A stretch of DNA of 64,000 bases from Phoronis australis (lineage: Eukaryota > Animalia > Phoronida): assembly GCA_002633005.1 (NCBI GenBank), contig NMRA01000581.1, positions 96,762 through 160,761 on the forward strand, given 5' to 3'. Position 1 is the stretch's first letter, and every line of letters begins with the position of its first letter. The notes below the pieces were generated by a model. The model saw only the letters and a list, made by a program, of their open reading frames with translations. It had not been told where the DNA came from and searched no databases. Positions 1 through 13,170 of the stretch are shown one piece after another. A program made the position numbers and the translations under genes.

Positions 1-1177
1 GTCAACATTGCCGGGGCACCTGGGATAGCGTGGTGGATTTCTTCAATGGCGTCTCGTGAGATTGTAAATCGCGGTGACAAATACTACGACTCTGCAGCCA
101 AAAATATGTGGAGGTGGGAGTGGTCGGACGAGCTAAAAAGATGCAGACGCACGCTTCTGGAGGTGGTACCTTTTTTTTAGTCCTCCTGATTTTTGTCTGC
201 AAAAGGTCCACATCGACAATTTCAAGGCTGGGTACGCGCATGTTTGGGGCCGTAAAAATTTCTGCTTTTTTTGTCTTGGGTCATTCCAAGCCCTAATTCA
301 TCAACACATTTTTGCAGATATGTTTTTGTGTTATGAAATGAGGTGTATACACATTAGGCATGTATTAACATAACTGAGCTCAGTAAGGACATTTGATTAT
401 CAGGATCTTTTCACTATGCGCGTTGTCCCTCAACTAAAGACTTAAATTATTCTGAAAATTTGTGATCAATTTACTACATGTGTTATAGAAACTGTTTGAG
501 AGGCAAGTAAGTAGGGAAAGTACCTATGTGCGTACCCAGGGGGGGTGCTTGAATGAGTCCCCCATTTGGCAAAGTGGGCGAAAAGGTTCTGTAAGAAACC
601 AAAAGTCTGAGAAAACTAAATAGAAGTCCACAAAAGAGGCAAGAATTCGGTAAAAGCTCTGAACGCTAAGCAGCTAAGCAAAGCCCCCCTTTTTTAGTCG
701 GTCAGATAGTGAAAGGTAAATTTGGTCTGTACGTGGAAATCGGCGAATTTACTGGAAAATCTGCAAGTCTGGCGTTCAATGTACTCCAATGCAGTTTTGG
801 TGGTACACGGGTCTGACAATATGGTAAATGAGTGGAATGTTACTATGACTTGCTCGTCATTAAAATGAATATAGAAATATCAAACCATGATCTTGACTGG
901 AATGTGTTACCTATGTGACCGTGATAATAACACTTGATCAACTTCTAGTCATTTGCAGCAAGGTGGACAGATTTTGAATACTGACAAAATTTCGTCAATT
1001 GTTTTCACGTGCAGTAATTGAAAAGTTACCGTCGACAAATTTCAACATGACTGTCTCCTGGGTCAAATTATTAAGAGCACCTGCTGTGCGCCACCATTAT
1101 CACCAAGTCGTGTGTTGCTTCCTTGGTTACCATGCGTAATTGTGTGTGGTGGCTCACACTCGTCTCTTGTTTTCTAG

Positions 1178-1315
1178 CTGAAAGACGAGGAAGGTGTCAC
1201 CATAGCTAAAATGGATGCTACAGCCAACGACGTTCCAGCACCATATGAAGTTAGTGGCTTTCCGACCTTGTTCTTTGCCAAAAAGGGAAGCAAGGATTCG
1301 CCCAAAAAATACGAG
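1178..1315 (+). CDS. PDIA3: Protein disulfide-isomerase A3 (ERp57/ERp60-like), penultimate exon; the rest of the gene lies upstream of the window
   Basis: Acceptor tttctag|CTG and donor GAG|gtatga, 138 nt, phase 0/0. Translates [46 protein letters not shown], the [10 protein letters not shown]...GFPT segment of the a' thioredoxin domain. Confidence 0.93.
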
Positions 1316-2180
1316 GTATGAATAAGTTGAGTGTTTGTCAGTTGACATGTCTCTAAGATCCAGAAGTTAACCTAGTGGTTGTGAATCAATGCGTCTCAGA
1401 TCTCGTAATCATTAAATTCCATTGTTTTTCCATTTTATAGCTAAGCAAGTTCCATTTACTGTTTCAAAGTGGTAAATAACTTTAAAGGATGATTTGGGAA
1501 TTGCCTTACTTTTTCTGCTGTATTGTGCCACAGGTTCGTTTCTCAAAACCTTGAATTGAACAGGGCCACCTTCAGAAAGTATGAAGAACTACTTGAATAT
1601 ATCTGTTGAAAAACAAAGGTCAAAGGTCAATTGATTTGTTGCCAGAATATGTTGTATTTGATGGATAATGAAATTAATTTTTTAAGTGAAAACCGAAAAT
1701 GTTATAATGACAGAATCTGCTGTTGAAATATGGGAATTTTTTTCCAAATCTCTAGTTCTGCAAAAGAATTAGATTCCATAAGTTCCATCCATATTCTTTA
1801 AGTTTCATTCGCATTCCGTTGTCACTAAAAACCAGGGTGTCTAGAGATAATTATGCAACATGATAACTTTGCCCTCTTCCTGTTCGGCGAGAAACCTTCA
1901 AGTGGAAGGTTGATCCAGCGTATTTAAGTGATATCTGAACTTTGGATATCCGGCACTTCCTTATTACACTAGACCATTCATCTTGAATGAAATGGCACAC
2001 GTGTCAAGTCAACGCATTGGGTCTCTTCTCAAGCAATAACTGTCAGTTCTTCCGAAACCCAAGCAGCACCTCTAAACTGAGCATGGACGTAGTTGAGACC
2101 AGTTTCCAACGTTCAGTCGTCCAAATGAAGTTTTGTGACGGAGGGCGAGTTTAGACCAAATGTGACTGTTTTACTTACAG

Positions 2181-2297
2181 GGTGGCCGAGAGGTGGATGA
2201 CTTTGTCAAATATATCGCACGTGAATCCACAGACCCCCTCACTAGCTTCGACCGCTCGGGCAAGAGTTTGAAAAAGAAGAAGAAGTCAGAACTCTAA
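2181..2297 (+). CDS. PDIA3: PDIA3-like last coding exon
   Basis: Acceptor cttacag|GGT. Translates GGREVDDFVKYIARESTDPLTSFDRSGKSLKKKKKSEL*; the YE|GGRE junction, Lys-rich tail and xxEL end are typical of ERp57. Confidence 0.93.
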   Translation, partial: GGREVDDFVKYIARESTDPLTSFDRSGKSLKKKKKSEL

Positions 2298-3506
2298 GCT
2301 TGTGTATAGAGTCTGTCAAGTTATGGGACACGTGGGAAGGAAGTTCAGTGCTTGTACAGAGAGATGACATTGGATAGGGGTTGCAAATAGAACTGTAATT
2401 TATCTTTTGAGTTATCAGCCTTTGTAAAAAGTTGATTTTCCATGGGTGTGGGGGTACTGGGGAGGGTGATTTTGGTTGAGAGTATCCGATCGTGATGTGT
2501 ACATAGTCATTGATGTGGTTATATGACCTATCGACACAGTAATAACATCTCTCATTTGTACAAAACGTCTCCATGTTTTTATTTGTGTTTCAGCAATATA
2601 TCTGCTCTGAAATTTAAGTTTTGAGCGAAAACTACTATTTTCTTAACTTATTTTCTTCTGGACTTAGGGTCTAATAATTTAGGCCTCCAAATTATTTTGA
2701 CTTTTCTGTTCAACTTAAGTACAGACTCGAGATGAATATCTATGATTCCTACTCAAGTGTATTTTGGTTTTCACCCATGAATGTCTAGTCCAAGTTAGCA
2801 CTTGGTGACTTCTAGATTCGAGCTATAGACTTGTTAAAACTGAAGATCTTGTGTTCAATCTCGAATTCCGTGCTTAAGTTTTGTTGTCATCAAGTACAAA
2901 CTGTGATCAGACGTCACCCACTGAAGCAGTAATATATTTGAATAATAGATCTTCATAAATTTGTGCTGAAGGTGAACAGAAAATAGCAAAAATTTGGATT
3001 ACACAGATTGTACTCGTGTCCTGGGATAGGCATGCATATCAGTGTTATCATCAGATGCTGCAGTATTCTACAGCTTTACAAAATCTATTACCATGTGCGC
3101 CTATTTAGTACCCTAATTTCGGTTGACACAAATATGTGAACATATACTGTGCCTATTTACACAGTGTCCAAGGCTCCATATCTGCTACCTTGATCTCGCA
3201 TGGTCCCTTGTGGCGTTGCCTTAGTTAAACAATGCATTTGATGTCAACGTCAGTTATCAAGGTCACTTATCAACGATCAATTATCCAACTAACAACACTA
3301 AGTTTTATGCAAATCATCCCATATGTCATTGTCACCTAGAGCATTTCTGTACATTCAAAAGTAACTTGGTCTTCCAATGTCCTTAAAATACTCATTCCGT
3401 TGCTCAGTGACGTGTAGCATTTTTGGTATGCCATGCGAAGAGAAGACTCTTGACGACTAATGCAGCTATGTCTTACCATCATGTGCATTAACTCCTTGTT
3501 CTGGAG

Positions 3507-3512
3507 AATAAA
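3507..3512 (+). terminator. Probable polyadenylation signal of the PDI gene
   Basis: AATAAA followed by GT/T-rich sequence (agtgttggccgttttattgtctattgtg), about 1.2 kb after the stop codon. Confidence 0.55.
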
Positions 3513-3671
3513 AACTATTCAGTGTTGGCCGTTTTATTGTCTATTGTGACAATGAAAATGCGTCTGAATATCAGTCTATTTTTAAATTGCAAAAATGTCC
3601 CACATTTTGAGAGGCCTTATACGAATTGCTTCTTGTTTTGATCGTGCTTTAAGTTCACGAAAAATTATGTA

Positions 3672-4020
3672 GTACCGTATATATCCGAACATCGCATCTT
3701 ACGCACGAACCACCTAGTTTACGAACCCTTGAATCAATATCGTGCTTACGAACGCAAAAATCACGCTTACGAATAACAATCCTGGGCTTGAACCACAAAA
3801 ATCATACGTACTATACGAACACAAACCGTACGCACTAATACTTTATCGTTTGGTAGTTCATGCGTAAGATTCTGATGCTCATGCGTATGATTCTGATGCT
3901 CATGCGTATGCTTTGTGTATATATGGGTGGTTTTTGTTCCTGCGCATGATTTTTGTTCGTATGCATGATTCACAGGTTCCTGCGTAAGATGGGATTCTTG
4001 TGCGTATGATTTCATGGTAC
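3672..4020. mobile_element. Foldback/MITE-like element with internal short repeats
   Basis: Imperfect inverted ends gtaccgtatatatc / gatttcatggtac and catcttacgcacgaacc / ggttcctgcgtaagatg; internal 21-bp tandem unit catgcgtaagattctgatgct. Confidence 0.55.
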
Positions 4021-4147
4021 CCCTAAATGTAGGTATTAAAGAGTTGGCTAAAAGGATAGTTTGTTTACGCGCGGACTCTTTTTGAAATTTGTGCCTTACT
4101 GATTAAGGAAAAAAATGCCCGCCAGCGTCAATTTCAGCTAATTTCAC

Positions 4148-5380
4148 TTTTTACAGAAGCCGTGCATACACACCCTTAGCAATTTTTGTGACCACATAAT
4201 TATACGTGGACACATCATGCCGTCCGGCGTCCGCTGCTCTATCTCCAAAACTTTGTGACGTATATTGGTGAAATTTTGCATATGTTCCTTTCATGGATCG
4301 GACGGCATTAGCGAACTTTCCGGTGTGCCCCCAGTAACTAGTTTTTTTTTACGTTTACCTCTCTATCTTCAAAGGTCCTGAATGGATTTTCATAAAACTT
4401 GGTGTATAGGCTTTTATTAATGACATGACGCTATCCTCCCGTTTTCGGATGATTCGAAATATTTTACATCACCTAGTGGATATTTTTGCTGTTTTCGAGT
4501 CTGTTTTTGGCGTCCGCCCCTCTATCAAATAAACCGCTGTGAGGATGATTGTGAAAATTGGCATGTATGTTCTTGCTATGAAGAGTGCGGCTGACGATGA
4601 TTTTCCGACGACTGGCGCCGCCTAGTGGCAGTTTTGTTTGTTTTTGCGCCATTGGCTGTCTCCGAACTTGAACCCTCTACAGGATCTTCACTAAAGTGTA
4701 TTTATATGAAGTTGACAACGGACGATGACGACTTTCGGACGGATCTAACTATCGGTGTCCCCCTAGTGGCAATTTTAGTTTTTTATGTTAACTTAGGTAT
4801 CTTCAAAGGTCCTCATCGGATTTTCGGGTTATACGCATCTATTGGTGGGCTGACGCTATCCTCCCGTTTTTGGATGGATTCGAGGTATTTTGCACAATCT
4901 AGTGGCCATTTTTGATGTTTTCGAGTGTGTTTGGCGTTCGCTCCTCTATCGTGTCTAAAGTTGATTTTGAAAAAGGCGTTTGAAGAGTACGGTTGATAAT
5001 GACTTTGACTACTGTGGCGCCTCCTAGTGAAAGTTTTGTTTTGTTTTGCGTCCATAGCTGTATCTCCTAAACCCACTGCAGGATCTTTATTAAATTTAGT
5101 AACTCATTTATATGAAGTTAACAACAGACGACGACGGCGGATCCGACGAACTTTATGCCCCGGCCCTAATGAGAATTTCATTTTTTTCCATTTTCCTTGA
5201 ATTTTTATGAAATTAAATAGTTTTAATTGTTAAGAAACGATGGCATGTTTCCGTTTTCGGATGTATTCGACGTATGTTGAGCAATCGTGTGGCTTTTTAT
5301 GATACAAATAAACAACCCTATATGAGCACTGTTTGCGGTGCGTTCGCGGGCGCATTTCAACGCTCGGCGTTGATCTTGTT
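4148..5380 (+). mobile_element. Non-autonomous Helentron-associated (HINE/DINE-1-like) element with an internal array of ~140-bp units
   Basis: Short cgtcc-type repeat near 4220, diverged ~140-bp units (4366-4525 closely resembles 4799-4950), and a terminal hairpin tcaacgc-tcg-gcgttga (5357-5373) followed by cttgtt. Left boundary approximate. Confidence 0.6.
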
Positions 5381-6364
5381 TAATGGAGGTTTAATGACAT
5401 TTCAGTTAATGGTTTAATTTCTTGTAATCATTGAGGTGATTTCCCGGTCTTTGCAAGCGTAGAGTTGTTGAAGACACAACAGTTGTTGTTATTGACGACC
5501 TTTGTCGCATTCCGTTCGACAGTCAACAGGACATGGGTAAAGTAACTGACCACGAGACATTATTAAAAGACATATTATTTCGAAATATACTTTTTCATTC
5601 TCAAGTGAAAATAAAATTACCCAGTACTATCACCACAGAGCAAAATGTTGCAATATACACAGTACTGGGACACGGCAGGTGTGAAATGCTGCAAAAAATG
5701 ACAAATGGAGGAGGTAACAGGATCAGGTCGCGCAAACAAGTGTATCGCGGGGCGCGACCCTGTTTACTGCTCGTTCAATTAAACCGGTTTCTCGAATGCA
5801 ATCAAAAGAGATTCGATATTTGCAATCGCAGCACATCGTGGTTTAAGCATGGAATTGGAGTGTTTTCCACGATTTCTTGACGGGTGATTGTACGTTCATG
5901 GCATTGCAGACAATGTTCTAGGATGGTGCCATGCTGAAGATGCATAGATAACTGAAGGGAAAGACAGCAAACAGTTTGACCAATGTAATATTGTTTGACG
6001 TTCCGCAGTGCTGTGTGGGGCGTAGGCGCACGTAGGCGTAGCCAACCACCTTTTTGCTTTTCAATGCAGCGCCTACCCACCGTAAGTTACGATATTGCGC
6101 ACGTAGTTGCAGCTAACCACCTTTTTACGTTTTATCGCAGCAACCACTTTTTTCATTTTAAAGTTGCGTCTATACGCGCCGTAAGTGACGGTATAGTGGG
6201 GCGTAGACTCGATACGGTAGCTTTCGGCATCAATGCGCTACGCTAACAACAGCATTGTTGCCGAACATTTCGACGCGCGCGACCACCAGGCATACATGTA
6301 TGCTCGCCGAGTAATGGGAATTTTATTGATATTTCAAGGTAAAGAAATTGTTATGGTGTCGCAC

Positions 6365-6587
6365 CATAGGTGCATAAAGGGGGGGGGGGCTGCGAAGGGT
6401 CCCGAGGACACACACCGCGGGTGACAAGAAGTCGCTGCTAGCATGTCGTTTCTGGGCGTTACGCTCCTGTTTTCCTTTATAATAGTGCTTGGGCCCCCTT
6501 CAGAGACCGCTTGGAATGCACGCGGACTTTTACCTTCGGATATGTGTGGTTTGACCCTCTTTCTTCGACATCCAAGATCCGCCACTG
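6365..6587. mobile_element. hAT-like MITE relic
   Basis: G-run near the left end and right end gatccgccactg, the same terminus as the element at 60050-60617. Confidence 0.45.
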
Positions 6588-6872
6588 CAGACTATGTGAA
6601 TACCCACTCGTGAGTCAAAAAATAGGCTTACGTGTTTGTGAATCAGGTTTTGAAAGTTTTAAATGCACTTTTAAAGTTCAGCGCTCAAGAGGATACGATG
6701 GGCTTTGGGCGCCTACTTACCTCTAATTTTACCGCTAACAGCAGTGGACATTCATTCATAGGGCATACAAACTCATAAACAACACCACACTGGGCAAGGG
6801 GGCGGACTTCCGCTTCAGAAATGTTATTGTTCATGACCAAGTTGGAGGATTTCATTTTCTGATAATAAATAA

Positions 6873-7137
6873 TGACGTCTAGAAGGTAATTATTGGACAG
6901 AACATTTTGGTAAAATTACCTTTTGGCCACACCTGTGCGACGGGCAGTGTGCCTTTTTAGACCGTCATATTAGTTGATTCATGTCTAAAATAGTAATTGC
7001 GAACTATTGCAGACCGGCATATGAGTTAATCCATTTCCAAAATTACTTGCAAATCCACTGCCCGTCGCACCGGTGTGACCAAAAAGGTATTTTACCAATT
7101 AAAAAAAATTATGTACAATGATTACTTCCAAGGCGAA
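6873..7137. repeat. Long imperfect inverted repeat (foldback MITE)
   Basis: ttggtaaaattaccttttggccacacctgtgcgacgggcagtg (6907-6949) versus cactgcccgtcgcaccggtgtgaccaaaaaggtattttaccaa (7056-7098); pairing extends about 30 bp further outward. Confidence 0.75.
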
Positions 7138-7950
7138 CACTATTCAGAAAACCATTAGGGATAAGGGTATGTGGTTATCGATATTGATCATATCATTAGT
7201 GACGTAAAGACAACACGGCTAGGCCGAGTAGCGCCTGTGACGACACGCTGGCTTTTACAAATTCAGCGTTCAAAGTAAACAACGAATTTTTTCAAAGTGA
7301 GCCGAAAAGCTGATTTGTCCTGATGAAGTTATAAGTTTGCATTGTACCTGTAAAAGATCGGTCAGTTCGAAATACACGTTGACCCGGTGGTCCGGCCGGG
7401 GCCAGTGGATTTGCGGCCGAGCTAGAAAACTTTCACACATAGGCCCATGTGGATGTGGTCTCATATTCGAGTAACTGGCCCCGCGGGCCAGCCCTTTTAT
7501 TTGCTGAAGCTAACACTGGTCCATGTCCGGTGTAACCGTGGCTTGTACTGGAGCCAGCAGCACTGAGCTGCTCTCTTGTTTGCCATTATTCAATAATAAA
7601 TATATACATATCTCGTACTCCAAAGAAAAACAAGCCAATCACCGAGGTTTCCAAGTTACAGCCTCACATAACAGGGCGTAATAGGGAAACAGTTCTTTCG
7701 CTACCGTGGGCAAAAGTGATCAGGCAAGCTGAACCGACTGAGAACACTGCAGCTAGTGTCTGTTCTGACCACTTCTCGTTTATTGTCCACGTTAACAAAT
7801 ATTAATGCGGGGCAGGAATATAACACACGAATTCACATCTGAAAGAAATCAAATCATATCTTCACCTATTATTGTGCTCTCGTTGATTGGAAGGTAACAA
7901 GAAATGTCGTTCGCTTATTTGTCACTGCATGACTTCATGGGTTATCAAAT

Positions 7951-8555
7951 TTATTTCCCTTTTTCGAGTTTCGTACTGGGCATGTAAACTAAAATAACCA
8001 GAGTGGACGCTGTGGCAGTCAATAGAAACAACCAGAACAACAGTCTATCCAACACGTATGCCACAAGTCTCCATTCGTTAGCGATATCTTCATGACGATC
8101 CTGGCAATCCTGTCGAGCAACCAGCAGTTGAAGATGTTTAGCAATTATGTCGACATTATCTCCCCTGCCTAACAGAAATCCCAGTTCCTTTCTGGGATAG
8201 TTTATTAGTTCTATGTTTTCGTCTGTTTTGATATGCATATGACCCTTTTCATGTTTACTGTACCCAACATTCGCGTCTTTGAGATCTCTTTGGTTTCCGT
8301 TCTCGTTTGCGTGATGCAAATTGTTGCTACTAGCCAGCGGTATGCTCTCCTCAACGACCGCGAAGTCTCGTTTTAGCATCTCGTCGTCTACGGACCTATG
8401 AACGCACAGTATTCTGGCAAGGAAGTCGAAGACCACCCGCCGAACCCACTTGGGAACTGGTCTTTGATGAGGAGTGGAGTGGTGCAGCTGCAGCACTGTC
8501 ACTGTCAACATTATGGAGAATGACGTCATCGCCATGGTGGTGGTCAAGTACAGGC
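7951..8555 (-). CDS. nAChR alpha9/10-like subunit, last exon (TM3, cytoplasmic loop, TM4)
   Basis: Acceptor tttccctag|GC, phase 1. Encodes (G)LYLTTTMAMTSFSIMLTVTVLQLHH...PVPKWVRRVVFDFLARIL...EWRLVAYVLDRLLFWLF...*, diagnostic nAChR motifs. Confidence 0.97.
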
Positions 8556-9399
8556 CTAGGGAAAGAACGCACCCTGTTAAAGTGTGTAGGTTGTGACGAG
8601 GGTATGGCTCTGAGAAACGATAGCACGAATGAGTATTAGGTTTAAAGTACCCAAAGAAAAAACAACATCTGATTTATATCAATTGCCGCAAAATTACTCT
8701 GGTCTCAGCTCAAATGATCGACACTAAAGCGCTGAAGCAGGTCCGCGTCGTTCTTGAAAATGGAGACAATTTCCAAAAAGATAAGTGGACAAGTCCAAAG
8801 TCGCCAGGCTTCGCTGCACTCTCTACGGCTTACTTCAACCGGCAATCAGGAAATACGATAACAGATGCAATTCCAAATGAAAATTAAAATCTTCACCCGA
8901 GATGTCTCTATAAGAACAAAGGCTTTCCCAGTCTGCTCCATTCTTTTGTCTCCAATCTCACTCCTTTTTGCCCTCCCCCCGCTCACTATCTTTCGAACCT
9001 CCACTTTCACATCCCAGACCCGGTCGCCACTCGGTTGCACTGACTAAAAAATTATCCCGGGTGCTACATTTTTACTTCTGCTCCGGAGACGACACCGTAA
9101 TGCATGCCGTATACTTGAGTTGAGATCAGCGAAGCCTATATAATTATTAAAATGTCACCCAAGCTGACGACACATCCTTTCTAACTCCACTTCTGAGAAA
9201 ACCCGCTGCCGAATCAACACGCTAAGATTCATTGCCCTACAGTTTTGTGGATAAATTGCAGTGGTTATTTAAAGACAAATTAATTTCCTTCTATGAGTCG
9301 TTTCAAAGTTTATACAATGCGCACCTTTTCGGGGAAACGTTAATTTTCAAATAATTGAGGCTGTACACAGATGTCGCTCAAAACATAACGAACACTCAC

Positions 9400-9754
9400 C
9401 TATAAGCGGCACGAACTCTGAGGTAGCAGGCATACTTTCAGCTATCAATAACATGAAGACAGAAAAGGCGAGAAGAACAGTGATTCCCAACGTGATCTTC
9501 TCACCAGAATCTGGTGGCAACCAGAAACACAGAAGACTAAGAACAGTGAGCCAGAGGCAAGGGAATATCACGTTGAACAAGTAGTAAAGCGTTTTCCTGC
9601 GGATACGGAGGATGAAGGTCACGTCTGGATAGGGTTCATCGCAACACGGGTACTTGACTTCGTTTCGTTCGACTACGATGTCTATAAGCTCCCATTCTCC
9701 CGAGAAGACGTAGTTGGAAAGATCGACTTCGTCAGATTTGCTGACCAGGTCTAC
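9400..9754 (-). CDS. nAChR exon 5 (loop F, loop C, TM1, TM2)
   Basis: Acceptor ctacag|GTA and donor ATAG|gtgagt, 355 nt. Encodes VDLVSKSDEVDLSNYVFSGEWELI...YPCCDEPYPDVTF...PPDSGEKITLGITVLLAFSVFMLLIAESMPATSEFVPLI. Vicinal CC marks an alpha subunit; the GEK motif indicates cation selectivity. Confidence 0.97.
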
Positions 9755-11889
9755 CTGTAGGTGGCGCGAAATTCCAATAGTTAATGTATGCTTAAATTTC
9801 ACGTGAACAATGGACGTGCATGTAAAGAAGGTAAAACAATTGATTTATAAAGCAGAACTAACGGCCCATCGCCATAAGCTTGATAAGTAAAAAAATTAGA
9901 TTTCATTTGGTCAAAACGCTTGAAAGGGTGCCCTGGTATTCCTTGCTATAGCGGTCTTTCGTCACACAATAGATATTTGTTGCTAGACTGCAATGCCTTT
10001 GAAATATTATTTGAACATTGCTCACTTTCTGCCAGTCTAGTGAATGTAAACATTTGAGATGACGCTCGTTAGTGACACGTTGTTATAAATAATCCACAGA
10101 CTTATCTAAAGGTGTTTTAAAACGGATTTTCTTAGTACGCAGTGCTGTAAGCCCCGAAACGGTGAAAATAACGGGACCTAGCTCCTTATTTGTGATCACG
10201 ATTCAGCTGATTGTGGGTCATTGGCACTCTTGTCGTACAAATCAGCAGTGTGAATGAGAATATTTTGGACGGTGTGAGCGGTACTGTATGTGGATCCAAC
10301 TATTTCTTTAGCTGAAGATGCCGGCAACACAGATAAAGACAGAACACAGACACAATCGACGACGTGCAGCTGGTCAACTAAGGCAGTGCACAATGCTATA
10401 CCAACGTCACCCACCAGTTGACATATTGCTGACTTATTATAACGTGGCAAATTTGCCGCCCGTTTTGGAAATTTAATAAATATTAACATAGACCCTAGGG
10501 AGTGTTAAGTTTGTAATTAAAATTGGGATTGAAATAATGACTGGGGTGCATTCCGAAATTTATTTAAAATTTCGACATCAAAGTGTCTTCTAGGAGCAGG
10601 CAATTAGTGGTTTCAGGCTTTAACTTTTAAATCAATACACCTGTGAATAAGAGATAACCATCATTGATCCCTATCCATGTTAGTTACTGGTTCTGGACGA
10701 AACTGGCTCTAATTCGCTGGTACCAGGTAATAATTCGTTGATAGATAGCTCATTGGTCAAATCGATGTGCAATAATGTGCATAGCAAATCCGCTGACTTA
10801 TTAAGCCAATTATCACGACTTGTATACCTCTGGAAGGCCGTTTGTCTTCAAAAATTCAGTCTTGCCTTTTGAAAGTGTTCCAAACTCTTAAAGGGACTTT
10901 GTCAAAAACGCCTTGTAAACGTATATGTAATTGGAGTGTACCTACAGTTCATTAGAGGGGAGGAAATTCGAAAAAGGTGGTCGCGTGGTCTTAACCACGT
11001 TAGAAAACCAATTATTAGATTCCCTGTGCCCATTAAGCACTGGGCGAAATGTTTAAAGTCATGTGCGGGAAACATGAGTCATCATCCGACAGGTTGTACG
11101 TACGGCTGTCTTCAAATGATTCACCTCAGGACATATCAGTTACACAGGTAGCAACTAAATGTTTTTGTTTGTGAGCCGTGTTGTTTTGGACAGGGTGTCA
11201 GTACGGGAGGACTCGAATTTAAATCTAGCAAAAGTTGTAACTTTATTATTCATGGGCCAGATTGATGTTTCAAAAACGATTTATAGACTTTTGCTTAGAA
11301 GAAAGACACTCATCAGTAACACAAACCATGAACAGAAAAAATAAATGTTTCAGTGAAGAAAGGCAGGGTTGATTTTTAACACGAGCCAACCAAACCCAGA
11401 GAGGAAGTCCTAGCCATGATACTGTCTCCACATTCTCAACTGAAAAAATGAGTGAAGTTGAGATGTGCGCAAGATGAAAGAAACCTGACCGGCTACGTCA
11501 GCTCGATTTATCTTAAAATTCGCCATATTCACCTAATGGTTTGGTTTGAAAAAAAAAATGACGCCATGACCCGCAATGGCGCCACGGGTCCGACTAAGTC
11601 CAGAGAGCCACGAGCAGGAATGCGTGGCCTTTAATAAAGTGATCCGCATAAGGGCAGAGGAATGTTTTAAAATGCAAACAAATATGGCCCGTGTACCATT
11701 TTTCGAAATTTCACCTATCCCGAGCCTGGCGTATGCTGTGTTGTAAAACCTCAAAGCGACCTTGAACTCGTGCTTTCTGTGATTTAAGCCATTTATTGTT
11801 ATGAAATTGGTCTCGAAATTTTCCAAATATTCACAGTAGATTAGATTTTATGATTTGGAAAGAACTGATACCTTGTCCTGTAGAAATAA

Positions 11890-13170
11890 GCTTACTTGAG
11901 ATGGCTTGAAATCGACCAGGAAGAGTGTGTATGAATCATCAGGGCTGTGGCAATACCAGAGCAGCAGCTCTCACTGGCTATGACAGGGCATTATACAATT
12001 CAGGAGAGGTATGTGGACAAGTCCTTATCGAAGCGTATTGAAAAGGCGCGATTTAGAGTGTATCTCACGTGATCACTTCCGATGGCTTGAAACATTACAC
12101 CAAGAACGTAGTAGCTGTACTTCAGATGGCACAAGAGCGATGCTGAGGTGCAGTGGCGTTGAGAATTTGTCATCTATTTGTCGAAATGCAATCCTTGATG
12201 TCATGGGGCCGATCTGCTAGCTAGAGGTATAGTGGTAATGGAGTGACGTCTGAGGCAACTATTATGTGGTACCACCAGCTCTAAGCTTGATGATAAAGTT
12301 AAAGATGTGCAAGCAGCTCTTCTACAAGATACTCATCCTTAGCGGTTGTCTGCAGATCCCATAGTGAAGCTGAGTCACTATGCCCAAACAGAAAAGGAGG
12401 TCATGTCGTTGTACTTGCCGTTGAGCTTTTCCACCAGTTCACATAAGGAGACACTGATCACACGGCATATGAGTGCATCACCCAGTGGCCCTGGCCATTA
12501 AGTTACCAAGAAATTGCAAAGTATGCTTCTCCGACACCATGATACAAAGGCAAAGACATGCACTTAGCAGACACGTTGTCGCGAGGATTTCGTCACGTAT
12601 TTCTGCAATCGCCAATGATCAAATAGTCCCAGAGAGGTCTGAATAAGTTGTGTTCACATGTCAAGCCTTTCAAACCTACAGTATGTACCCCCAAAGTGTC
12701 GTATTTACTTCAAGACGTCTGACATTACACGGAAAGCGAGTACTTGCGCCACATTCTTAACGTTAGAGGTTGAAGGAGAAATCCACGCCTCTCACGTGGG
12801 TGTACATGTAGAGGGTTGCTTCAGAGAAATCAGACAGTGTCTGTTTTGATCAAACATGAACATAGAATTATAAAGAAAAATGCTCTATCTCAGAAACAGT
12901 TTGGATCATCTAACGAACGAGAAACCTTGCGTCCCCATCAAACACAGCACATTGTGCACAATCGTGCGTACAGTCCTAGCGTCTGTTGACTACAGATATT
13001 TCGGGAATATAGACCGCCTTGACAACATAAGTTCCGTGGCAGTGATTTGAAAGCTGAAAACCAGTTTTGGTCTTCGGTATTCACCATCTTCTAATGCCTG
13101 CCAACGGCTCGCAATTATCATCCTAAGACTTCACAGTATATTCCTACTATCTACGTAGGAGATGGACCAA
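11890..13170 (+). mobile_element. Heavily decayed Ty3/gypsy LTR-retrotransposon pol fragment (RT end, RNase H, integrase) in nAChR intron 4
   Basis: Frameshifted remnants in pol order: YAQTEKE (RNase H), GKDMHLADTLSR, EIHASHVG...EGC (integrase zinc finger), VDY...IDRL...AVI.KLK, and an NG.Q-like core motif. Many stops; boundaries approximate. Confidence 0.8.
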
